Position numbers and translations under genes: made by a program
In this document: positions 29,650-38,027 of the stretch, in pieces
Position numbering within the stretch: the first letter of the stretch is position 1
How the letters are laid out: every line of letters starts with the position of its first letter
Assembly: GCA_965216905.1 (NCBI GenBank)
Contig: OZ244213.1
Location: 2,380,089-2,444,088, forward strand
DNA: 64,000 bases
DNA from: Acidimicrobiia bacterium
GTDB lineage: Bacteria > Actinomycetota > Acidimicrobiia > Spongiisociales > ZC4RG35
Reading direction: 5' to 3'
The notes under the pieces: model-generated
Seen by the model: the letters and a program-made list of their open reading frames with translations, nothing else
The model's database searches: none
What the model was told of the DNA's origin: nothing

Positions 29650-31346
29650 CAGTACTCCTCGTAGTGGACGTTGCCGGTGTGGCCTCGCCGGTCGATATCG
29701 AAGCCCCGCTCGGACAGCTGTTCGGTCACCCCCGGTTCGTCGGGAAAGTGGGGCACGCCGTCGCGCCAGTCCGGCAAGCCGATCATTCGAGGGTTCCCAC
29801 AGAGAAACACGTGCGTACGGTTCGGGTCCATCTGCGACCCGAGGTGTTGGGCCAGTCCGTCGGAAGCGATGACGTCCTGGATGTAGCGCTTTTCCGTTCC
29901 CGGTTCGCGCGTGGGCAGGACGACGTATCGGTAGTTCGGGAAGCGATCCTCCAACTGACGGTGGGCGGTGCGGTAGCCCAGGTCGCGCAGATGGCGGACG
30001 GTGACGACCGAAACGATCGAGCCATGGTGTCCCTTGCGCAACAACTCCGGGATCATGGCGTTGTGTGGAGCCTCACCGGTCCCGGTGGCCAGGAAGACGA
30101 CGTCGCTGGACGGGTCGGTCACTGGTCGCAAGGTGTAGCGACCGGCGATCTTGGGGCCGAGGTACACCCGATCGCCGACGTTCTTGAGCGCCAGGCGGGG
30201 GGTCAACGCCGGGACGCGGGTTGGGTCGGGGCGGACGTGGACGATGTAGAACTCGATCTCGTCGTGGTCTCTCGGGTCCCACAGGTAGCCGGCCTCGTCG
30301 AAGATTCGTCCGCTGATCGAGTACGAACGGCGGATGAGCTTCATCCGCTTCCGCTCCGCGGCCCGGTCCTCCGCGTCATCCGCTCGCGGTTCCCAATAGC
30401 CGAGGCCGAGGGTGGTGTACTGCCCGGGGAGATGTCTCGTGTCGGGCTGGTCGGCTCGGACTCGAATGACCCAGAGGTCTTCGTGCGATCGGTCGAAGTG
30501 GGTGATGGTGGCGTTGTAGTGACGGGCGCCCAACGACGGCACGTCGGGAGCCGGGCTCGGGTGCGTCGGTCTCGGCCGGGGGACTGCCGGGAGTCTGGGG
30601 TGGTCGATCAGCAGGGAGTCCACGATCCGTGCCGGTCCGTGGGGGTCGGTGGCCGGGGCGGAGGGGTTGACTCGATAAAGCCGGCCGGAGACCGGTGCTC
30701 CATCGGCCACGCGGTGGTCCGGTCGGACGACGACGTCGTCGAAGGAGAGGTCCGGCGTCCTTCGGTCATCGAAGTGCACCATGGGGTAACCGTCCGCCTC
30801 CGTCACGGCATCGGGGGAGGACGACCACAGCACGGTCAGGGCACGGGAATGCTCGAGCTCGCCGAGGGTGGCCGCGGCCAGGGGCGACAGCGCATGGCGG
30901 TCGCCGGTGAACGAGAGAACGACCCGTGCTCCGGCGGCGACGAGGTGAAGGACATCCTCCACCACCGTGTCGCCCCCGCCGACCACCAGCACATCACGGT
31001 CGGCCGCATCGATCTCGTCCGTCGAGCCGTGGACTCGGGCTTCGACCCGATCTGCGACCGGGAAGTCGGCGGCACCGTGCGGACCGGGTTCGACCATCAC
31101 CGCACAGCGCGTCCGGTGGCTGTGCTCGGTGCTCTCGATCACCACGCTGTCATCGAGCTGGGCGATCCGGTCCACGAGAAACCCGTACGAGACCGACAGC
31201 GCGAACCGTCCGGGACCATGAGATGGGAGTGTTTCGTGGCTCGGGACGAGCAACAAGACATCGGCGACGCCCGCCCGGCGCGCTTCGACGGCCACCGACA
31301 GCGCGGTCGGGCCGCGTCCCACGACGATGAGATCTCGAGCGACCAC
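29646..31346 (-). CDS. fusion flavoprotein: N-terminal FAD/NAD(P)-binding two-Rossmann oxidoreductase domain (no CxxC) plus C-terminal Fpr-type ferredoxin/flavodoxin-NADP+ reductase domain
   Basis: GTG at 31346 precedes LIVVGRGPTA; a second GxGxxV motif VVGGGDTV follows. The C-terminal half carries RSYSIS (FAD), ATGTGEAP (NADP) and VFLCGNPRMI motifs and ends ...GNVHYEEYW like E. coli Fpr. Confidence 0.65.
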   Translation of the reverse strand: MVARDLIVVGRGPTALSVAVEARRAGVADVLLLVPSHETLPSHGPGRFALSVSYGFLVDRIAQLDDSVVIESTEHSHRTRCAVMVEPGPHGAADFPVADRVEARVHGSTDEIDAADRDVLVVGGGDTVVEDVLHLVAAGARVVLSFTGDRHALSPLAAATLGELEHSRALTVLWSSSPDAVTEADGYPMVHFDDRRTPDLSFDDVVVRPDHRVADGAPVSGRLYRVNPSAPATDPHGPARIVDSLLIDHPRLPAVPRPRPTHPSPAPDVPSLGARHYNATITHFDRSHEDLWVIRVRADQPDTRHLPGQYTTLGLGYWEPRADDAEDRAAERKRMKLIRRSYSISGRIFDEAGYLWDPRDHDEIEFYIVHVRPDPTRVPALTPRLALKNVGDRVYLGPKIAGRYTLRPVTDPSSDVVFLATGTGEAPHNAMIPELLRKGHHGSIVSVVTVRHLRDLGYRTAHRQLEDRFPNYRYVVLPTREPGTEKRYIQDVIASDGLAQHLGSQMDPNRTHVFLCGNPRMIGLPDWRDGVPHFPDEPGVTEQLSERGFDIDRRGHTGNVHYEEYW

Positions 31347-31431
31347 TGACCGCCGACAATATCGCTCGTTGTGGCCATGTGAGTTCGGCAATCTCTCCGC
31401 ACGGTGGTCCGAGGTTCGCGATGCTTGAGCG

Positions 31432-34221
31432 ATGACGGTGATGGTCGGACGAGCCCGCGAGTTCGAGGCGATCACCGCCGCCCTCGGCTCGGCCGGCGAG
31501 GAGCCGCTGGTCATCTCGTTGCTCGGCCAGGCCGGAATCGGCAAGACCACGTTGGCGGGCGCCGCGGCCGAGTGGGCGGCCGACCACGATCATCGGATCG
31601 CGTGGGGTGCGGCCGTCCAGCTGGCGGAGTCTGTTCCGTACGCACCGCTGGTGATGGCGTTGCGGCGGCTGATCGAGCCCGAACTGATGGCGGGCCTCAC
31701 CGGCGCCGAAGCGATGCCGAAGGCGGCGCTCTTCCACCATCTGGCGGAGGGGTTGTCTGCCCTGGCTGCCGAGCAGCCCCTGCTGATCGTCGTGGAGGAC
31801 ATCCATTGGGCCGACACGGCCAGTCTGGATCTGCTCACGGTGCTGGCGACCCAACGCCTCGCGTCACTGGCCTTGTTGGTGACGGCCCGCGAGGACGAGT
31901 TGATCCCTGGAGATCGGGCGAGTGGCTTCGTCGCCGACGTCGCCCGACTTCCGACGGCGCACACCGTCCGGCTCGGTCCGCTGGACGAGGAGGCGGTGGC
32001 CGAACTTCTTCGAGCCCGCGGCGTCGGCGATCGGCTCGACGCAGAACAGGTGCTCGACCGATCGGCCGGCATCCCGCTCTTGGTGGAGGAGGTGATCGGT
32101 CAGAGCCAGGCGGGTGGGGCCGCCCCGGGGCCGCCGGCGGCCGAGCTCCTGCACCGCCGGATCGATGGTCTCCAGCCGTCGGCGCTGCGCCTGGCCTTCG
32201 CCGTCGCGGTACGTGGCCGTCCGACACGGTTGACCGTGGCGGCGTCGGTGGCCGGCATCGACGGCCAGGAATCCGCTCGGGCGGTCGCCCGCGCCGCGAT
32301 CGAGGCGGGGGTTCTCGTCGACACCGGGGAGGGGCTCGACTGCCGCCACGCCCTGTTCCGCCAGGCGTTGATCGAGCGGCTCCTGACCGATGAGCAGGTC
32401 GAGTGGCATCTGCGGGTGGCGGAGACGCTGGCGTCCCGGCCCGACTTCGATCCGGCCGAGCTGGCCGCGCACTGGGAGGCGGCGGAACGACCCGCCGAAG
32501 CGCTGGCGGCCGCTCTCGATGCCATCGCCCGGACGGCCTCGGCGGCGGCTCCGTCCGAGCTGTTGGCGATGTACGAGCGGGCGTTGCGATGCCGTCGGTC
32601 CATCGACGAAGCCGGTGTGGCCACCGACGAACTGGCGCTGGCCACCGCCCGGGCGGCGCTTCGAGTCGGCCGGAACGACCGGGGCGCGGAGCTGGCCCGT
32701 TCGGTAGCCGAAGACGACACCGTCGATCGGCGGCAGCGTATTCGGGCCTACACGCTGGTGGGTATCTGCGAGTTCCACCGAGCCAACGATCGGGCGGTAC
32801 GGGCAGCCAACGCCGCCGCCCTGACGCTGCTCCGGCCCGGTGACGCGGCGGACCTCCACGCGCTCGCCCACGCCTGGCACTCGTTGAACCTCTCGTGGCG
32901 ACACGAGATGGAGAAAGCCTTGCACCACGCCGAGCGGGCGGTGGAGCACGCCGCCGCCGACGGCTCTCCGGCGGTCCTGGCGCCGGCGTACCTGGCCGTC
33001 GGCCAGGTGTCGTGGCTCTCGCCGCCCGGTGTCGAGGCTCCCACGCTGGCCGTCGATGCCGTCGAGGTCTTCACGCAGGTTCGAGCCCTGGCGATGGAGT
33101 CCCAGGATTGGACGGTGTGGGCCTACGCGGTGATCGCCGATCTCCAGTGTCGGGTAGCACTGGCGAATGTGGCCGGTGATCGGACATATGAGGACGCCGC
33201 CATGCTCGCCGTCGAAGCCTTCGATCGCGCCCACTCCGCGGGGGAGTTTCTGGCCTGCTTTCTCATCGCGGGAATCGGCTCCGGATGGGTTGCCGAGACG
33301 GGTGATCTCCCGGGTGCCAAGCGGATGCTCGGCTTGCTCCCGAGCATGCCGGTCGAGGGTCGGCTGGAAGGGCTCACGCAGGAGACCGCCGGCTACCTCG
33401 CGCTCCTCGAGGGCCGGTTCGACGACGCCGAGCAACACCTGCGCGACGCCGACCTCGCAACGCCGCGCATCCCGGAGTTGGAAGGGAATCGAATGAGCCT
33501 CGTCGATGTCCGCGGTCGGTTGCTGCTGGCTCGGGGCAGGCCGCTGGAAGCGCTGGAGGAGTTGTGGCGAGAGATGCCGGCCCGGGCAAGATTCGATCCC
33601 GTCGAGGTGTCGCCACGCACGGTGGTCGACGGGCTCCTCCATGCCCGGATGGTGGATGCCGGCGGCCCGGCGATCGCCTGGGCCGAGGAGTTTGTGACCC
33701 ACGTCTCGGCGCTGCCCCGCAGCTCGGCCACGGTGATCCAGGCCCAGGCGGAGCTGACTCGACTCGGCACCGAGCCCGCCCCGAAGGCCTGGCAGATGGC
33801 GTTGGTGGCGCGGGCACGGATCCGGGCGCGGATGGAAGCCTGCTACTGCCGGTACCGACTGGCCGAGGCGTTGCTGGAGGCCGGAGCCCGCCACGCTGCG
33901 GTCGACGAGTTGCGACAGTCTCTCGACGACGCCCGACGGATGGGACTGACACTCCAGGTCGAGGAGCTGGAACGACTGGCCACCCGGGCAGGCATCGCGG
34001 CGGCGCCGGATGTCGATCCGGTTGCCGGGCTGGGCCTCACCGAGCGGGAGGTGGAGGTCCTGCGGCTGGTGGCGGCGGGGATGACCAACCGACAGATCGG
34101 CGGGGAGCTGTTCATCAGCCCCAAGACCGCCGGTGCCCACGTGTCCAACATCCTCACCAAGCTGGGTGTGGCCCGTCGAGGAGAGGCGGCCGCCATCGCC
34201 CACCGCCTCGAGCTCTGGTGA
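31432..34221 (+). CDS. large ATP-binding LuxR-family (LAL/MalT-like) transcriptional regulator
   Basis: N-terminal P-loop GQAGIGKTT, a long helical region, and a C-terminal LuxR HTH (LTEREVEVLRLVAAGMTNRQIGGELFISPKTAGAHVSNI). Confidence 0.8.
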   Translation: MTVMVGRAREFEAITAALGSAGEEPLVISLLGQAGIGKTTLAGAAAEWAADHDHRIAWGAAVQLAESVPYAPLVMALRRLIEPELMAGLTGAEAMPKAALFHHLAEGLSALAAEQPLLIVVEDIHWADTASLDLLTVLATQRLASLALLVTAREDELIPGDRASGFVADVARLPTAHTVRLGPLDEEAVAELLRARGVGDRLDAEQVLDRSAGIPLLVEEVIGQSQAGGAAPGPPAAELLHRRIDGLQPSALRLAFAVAVRGRPTRLTVAASVAGIDGQESARAVARAAIEAGVLVDTGEGLDCRHALFRQALIERLLTDEQVEWHLRVAETLASRPDFDPAELAAHWEAAERPAEALAAALDAIARTASAAAPSELLAMYERALRCRRSIDEAGVATDELALATARAALRVGRNDRGAELARSVAEDDTVDRRQRIRAYTLVGICEFHRANDRAVRAANAAALTLLRPGDAADLHALAHAWHSLNLSWRHEMEKALHHAERAVEHAAADGSPAVLAPAYLAVGQVSWLSPPGVEAPTLAVDAVEVFTQVRALAMESQDWTVWAYAVIADLQCRVALANVAGDRTYEDAAMLAVEAFDRAHSAGEFLACFLIAGIGSGWVAETGDLPGAKRMLGLLPSMPVEGRLEGLTQETAGYLALLEGRFDDAEQHLRDADLATPRIPELEGNRMSLVDVRGRLLLARGRPLEALEELWREMPARARFDPVEVSPRTVVDGLLHARMVDAGGPAIAWAEEFVTHVSALPRSSATVIQAQAELTRLGTEPAPKAWQMALVARARIRARMEACYCRYRLAEALLEAGARHAAVDELRQSLDDARRMGLTLQVEELERLATRAGIAAAPDVDPVAGLGLTEREVEVLRLVAAGMTNRQIGGELFISPKTAGAHVSNILTKLGVARRGEAAAIAHRLELW

Positions 34222-34228
34222 CCGGCCC

Positions 34229-34957
34229 TCACCGTTCGCCGCGGGCGATGGCCACGGCCGCGGTGGGAGAACCCGACCATGGGGGCCCATGACCGGGAAG
34301 CAGCAGGCTTGCGTCGAGGCCGACGATGCGATCGAGTGACCGCATCGCCTGGCGGGTGTCGAGATTGAACCGATCGTCGATCAGCTGGGGGCCCTGTCCC
34401 GGGCCGATCAGGTTCATCGTGATCAGCCCGTCGCCGGTGAAGAGCACCCCGACGTCGGGAAGATGAAACATGGTGTGGCCCTCGGTGTGGCCGGGCGTGT
34501 GGACGGCGATCGGCCCCCCCGGAAGATCGAGCCGTTGACCGTCGGAGAACGTCCCGACCTGTTCGAGGTGGTCGAGTCGCATGACACCGGCCCAAACCAT
34601 CGGAAGGAAGGTGCGGAGTGCCTTGAGGTTGAAGATCGGAAGCTCGTTGGCCGAGACCGCGAAACGGCCGGTGTAGGTGCCTTCCGCCCGGGACTTCTCG
34701 TCCTCGTGGACCTGCACGTCGAGTCCCTCTTGGTGCGCCCGCTTGGCGAAGCCGAAGTGGTCGGCGTGGGCGTGGGTGGCGATGATTCCCCGGATCGCCT
34801 CGACCGGCATGCCGAGTTCGTCGAGTCCCGCCAGCAGCTTCGGCCACTCCTTGGAGCAGCCGGCATCGACGATCGTGGCCTCGTCGCCGTCGGTGAGCAC
34901 GTAGAAGTTGTGGCCGCGGGTCCCCAGCGCGTGGACGTTGTCGGCTACGGGTCTCAT
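34229..34957 (-). CDS. MBL-fold metallo-hydrolase
   Basis: HAHADH motif plus downstream His/Asp ligands. Confidence 0.8.
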   Translation of the reverse strand: MRPVADNVHALGTRGHNFYVLTDGDEATIVDAGCSKEWPKLLAGLDELGMPVEAIRGIIATHAHADHFGFAKRAHQEGLDVQVHEDEKSRAEGTYTGRFAVSANELPIFNLKALRTFLPMVWAGVMRLDHLEQVGTFSDGQRLDLPGGPIAVHTPGHTEGHTMFHLPDVGVLFTGDGLITMNLIGPGQGPQLIDDRFNLDTRQAMRSLDRIVGLDASLLLPGHGPPWSGSPTAAVAIARGER

Positions 34958-35055
34958 TCGGTGGCGGCATCATATCCCGATTCCCGTCGCACGACCCTGG
35001 GAGCCCGACCTTTGGCCCTGTCGGTCGGGCGAGCGCACGCCTACGTTCGGTTCTC

Positions 35056-36396
35056 ATGGTGATCGAAAGCCTGATACGCGCGCGCCGGTGGCCGGTGGTG
35101 GTCGGCGCGGTTCTCATTCAACTCTGTCTCGGTGCGATCTACGCATGGTCGGTGTTCACGCCTGCGCTCCGGGATGCCGGATGGTCCAAGACCCAGACCC
35201 AGATCGTCTTCGCCGTCGGATTGGCCGCGTTCGCACTCGTCATGGTGCCGGCCGGCCGCCGGTTGAAGTCGTGGGGTCCTCGCAGGCTGGCCGCCACGGG
35301 TGCCGTCACCCTGGGGGTCGGCTATGTGCTGGCCGGTCTCATCGGTGGCGGAACCTCGTTCTGGGTGGTCCTGGTTGGGGTCGGCCTGATCGGGGGTGCC
35401 GGCATCGGCTTGGCCTATGTCGTTCCCATCGCCGTGGGGATGCGCTGGTTTCCCGACCACAAGGGCTTCATCACCGGCGCGGCGGTCGCCGGATTCGGAT
35501 TCGGCGCCCTGGGGTGGGTCAAGTTGGCCGGCGAGTGGGGAGGGTTGCTCGTCGAGCGGGGTATCGGAACGACCTTCGTCATCTACGGACTCCTCTTCGC
35601 ATTCCTGGCGCTGATCGGGTCATCGGTGATGCAGATGCCACCGAGCGGCTGGAAACCGGCCGGCTACCGGCCACCACCGGTCGCGGCCGGATCGGGCGGT
35701 GAGGAATTCAGCCCGCAGCAGATGCTCAACACGCCACAGTTCCACCTGATCTCGCTGACGTTCGCGGTCAGCGCCGGGGCCGGTCTGATGTCGATCGGTT
35801 TGATGAAGCTGTACCCCATCGAGGCACTGACGGCCAACGGGGTCGGTGAGGTCGAGGCGAGCGCCATCGCCGGTACGGCCATGGCGGTGTTCTTCAGCAT
35901 CGCCAACGGTGCCGGAAGGCTCGTGTGGGGGATCCTGAGCGATCGATTGGGTCGCAAGCGGTCGGTGGTGCTCATGGCAGGCACCCAGGGACTGTTCCTG
36001 ATGGCGTTCACGTCGATGGCGGGCAGCGAGCCGCTCCTGTACCTGGGTGCGGCGCTGATCGGCTTCAACTTCGGCGGCAACTTCGCCCTGTTCCCCGCCC
36101 TCACCGCCGACGAGTTCGGGGATCAGGCCGTGGGACGGAACTATCCCTGGGTCTTCCTTTCGTACGGAGCCGGTGGGATCATCTTTCCGATCCTCGGAGG
36201 GCGCCTGGGAGACATCGGGAACTTCCCACTGGCATTCGTGATCTGCGGCGTCGCCTGCTTGATCGGCGCGGTGGCGTCGATGTTGGTGTTCCCTCCGCAC
36301 GTCAAGGAGGCGAGCCGACCGTTCAGCGTCCATGGCTTTCTTCACAACGCCCACCTCTTCGATCACGACGATCTGACCGAGGCGGCGGCCCGCTGA
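35056..36396 (+). CDS. MFS transporter, oxalate/formate antiporter (OFA) family
   Basis: 12 TM helices. The N-terminal LGAIYAWSVF motif is typical of the OFA family. Confidence 0.85.
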   Translation: MVIESLIRARRWPVVVGAVLIQLCLGAIYAWSVFTPALRDAGWSKTQTQIVFAVGLAAFALVMVPAGRRLKSWGPRRLAATGAVTLGVGYVLAGLIGGGTSFWVVLVGVGLIGGAGIGLAYVVPIAVGMRWFPDHKGFITGAAVAGFGFGALGWVKLAGEWGGLLVERGIGTTFVIYGLLFAFLALIGSSVMQMPPSGWKPAGYRPPPVAAGSGGEEFSPQQMLNTPQFHLISLTFAVSAGAGLMSIGLMKLYPIEALTANGVGEVEASAIAGTAMAVFFSIANGAGRLVWGILSDRLGRKRSVVLMAGTQGLFLMAFTSMAGSEPLLYLGAALIGFNFGGNFALFPALTADEFGDQAVGRNYPWVFLSYGAGGIIFPILGGRLGDIGNFPLAFVICGVACLIGAVASMLVFPPHVKEASRPFSVHGFLHNAHLFDHDDLTEAAAR

Positions 36397-36411
36397 AAGA
36401 CGGCTCTTTAT

Positions 36412-36867
36412 TCAGCCGGGCGTCGGCGAAGCGATCACCGTTCGAGCCATGCGTTCGATTCTCACCAGCATGGCTGCCGAGGGAGTCACCTTGCCGCCGA
36501 GGTAGGTGCTGAGCCGGGATGGGCTGGTTCCGACGAGGCGGGCGAACTCGGCATTGGACAGCCCGGACTCGGCGACCGCCTTCCGCACCCGCGTCGCGAC
36601 CTCGGCTCGATCCGCCTGCTCGGCTTCGTTGCGGGCGTGGTGGAGTGCGAGGCCGAAGAGGGCACTGACCCCGTCGGCATCTCGGTAGGAGAGGTATCGC
36701 TCGATGCGGCGCGCAACCTTCCCCCAGGGCGAGCGGCGCAGCTCTTCGAAGATCGGCTGCCAGTCGGCGACGAGCCCCCGATCGATGGCCGTGACGAGCG
36801 CTTCATACGGCCAGGTGCGGACGTCGTCCGTGGGCGAGGCGTCGACGTTTCGGAATACGACCGGCAT
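36412..36867 (-). CDS. XRE-family HTH protein (about 95-aa N-terminal domain plus C-terminal HTH), partner of the upstream nucleotidyltransferase
   Basis: C-terminal LSNAEFARLVGTSPSRLSTYLGGKVTPSAAMLVRI. The start at 36867 overlaps the upstream stop; the track ORF extends to 36927. Confidence 0.55.
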   Translation of the reverse strand: MPVVFRNVDASPTDDVRTWPYEALVTAIDRGLVADWQPIFEELRRSPWGKVARRIERYLSYRDADGVSALFGLALHHARNEAEQADRAEVATRVRKAVAESGLSNAEFARLVGTSPSRLSTYLGGKVTPSAAMLVRIERMARTVIASPTPG

Positions 36868-37553
36868 CAGACCGCACCCCCCAACCGAAGAGCCAGCGAT
36901 TGGCAGATCTCTACGACATCGCCCCACCGGTGGTATCGCTCGTCGAGGCCCTTGTAGCGGGGGAGCTCGTCGATCACATCCGGGTCACGGGGGCTGGGGT
37001 CGGCGAGGGCGATCACCAGCGAAGTCAAGACCGACCCATCTTCGCCAGACCGGTCGAGGTAATAGGAGTCGATCTCGGAGAGGACCTCCACCGCTCTCCC
37101 AACACCGAGATGCTCGGCGAGGCCGACGACGTCGAGATAGTCTCGTACGGCGTTCCGTTGGACGACCAGAAAAGCCTTGACCCGGAGTGCCTCGGCCGCG
37201 GTCGGTGCCACGACGACTGCGTCCCTGCCGATCCTGACTTCGCATGTCTCGAGTGGTCGGCTCCGGCGCATCTGGCGGAGACCGGCCTCCACCCCCCACA
37301 GGCTGCCCATGATCGTGAACGGCGGCTTCGAGGCCCGAACCGAGGTTGCCCACCCCTCCGTCGCCTCGACCGCCTCCAGCACCGTCTCATACCGCTCGGC
37401 GAGATCCGCCAGCACATGGTCGTGGTCAAATGAGTCCCGGTGGCCGGCGTGCAGCGCGGCCGCCGATCCACCGACCAACACCGCGTCGGGCACCACCTGC
37501 TGCAGCAGTGATGCGGACTTCAGAACTCGCTCGAGTGTGGGACTTGCCTGCAC
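36867..37553 (-). CDS. AbiEii/DUF1814-like nucleotidyltransferase
   Basis: VLVGGSAAALHAGHRDSFDHD matches the GG[ST]A..L...R.S.D.D nucleotidyltransferase signature of AbiEii toxins. Confidence 0.55.
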   Translation of the reverse strand: MQASPTLERVLKSASLLQQVVPDAVLVGGSAAALHAGHRDSFDHDHVLADLAERYETVLEAVEATEGWATSVRASKPPFTIMGSLWGVEAGLRQMRRSRPLETCEVRIGRDAVVVAPTAAEALRVKAFLVVQRNAVRDYLDVVGLAEHLGVGRAVEVLSEIDSYYLDRSGEDGSVLTSLVIALADPSPRDPDVIDELPRYKGLDERYHRWGDVVEICQSLALRLGGAV

Positions 37554-37558
37554 GTGGA

Positions 37559-37577
37559 CTTATCATATCTGATAAGC
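37559..37577. promoter_or_regulatory. AT-rich perfect palindrome CTTATCA-tatc-TGATAAG immediately upstream of the nucleotidyltransferase start; candidate operator
   Basis: 7-4-7 perfect inverted repeat with 28% GC in a roughly 70% GC genome, within 10 nt of the start codon. Coordinates +/-1. Confidence 0.5.
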
Positions 37578-37774
37578 CGACGTTCATCCATCTCTCGGGA
37601 CGTCGGATGGGCGGGCGAGACCCTCCCCTGGTGCTCGATCGTCGACCAGGATCTCGTTCGGCAGGGATAGGCATCCGAATCCGGCGCATTCCCGATGACG
37701 TGACCCGGGCCGCTCCGTACGTTGGCGGTGTCGGGGGAAACGCCCCCGACAGGGGCAAGCAAAGGGGGCCCACG

Positions 37775-37915
37775 ATGAGGAAACGAGTGATGGTTGCCGT
37801 GGTCGCGATGGCAATGATGGCCGTTCAGGTCTCCGCCGCTCATGCGGTGGTGGATCGAGGCGGCGGCGGCGGTGCAGCCGTGGCCGAAGCAGCCGGGTGT
37901 GCCGCCGGGTCGTGA
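37775..37915 (+). CDS. possible small secreted peptide precursor (46 aa: signal peptide plus Gly/Ala-rich 22-aa tail with one Cys)
   Basis: ATG preceded by aaaggggg at -8. MRKRVMVAVVAMAMMAVQVSAAHA | VVDRGGGGGAAVAEAAGCAAGS. Lies in an otherwise empty intergenic gap. Confidence 0.25.
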   Translation: MRKRVMVAVVAMAMMAVQVSAAHAVVDRGGGGGAAVAEAAGCAAGS

Positions 37916-38027
37916 GATTCGACCCGAACACACTCATACGAAGACTCGGGCTCGGCCGGCTCGGAACGGTGTCGGCCGGGCTCGAGGACGCCTTGGGTGC
38001 GATCGCCGTCGACATGCTCGGCTGTGA

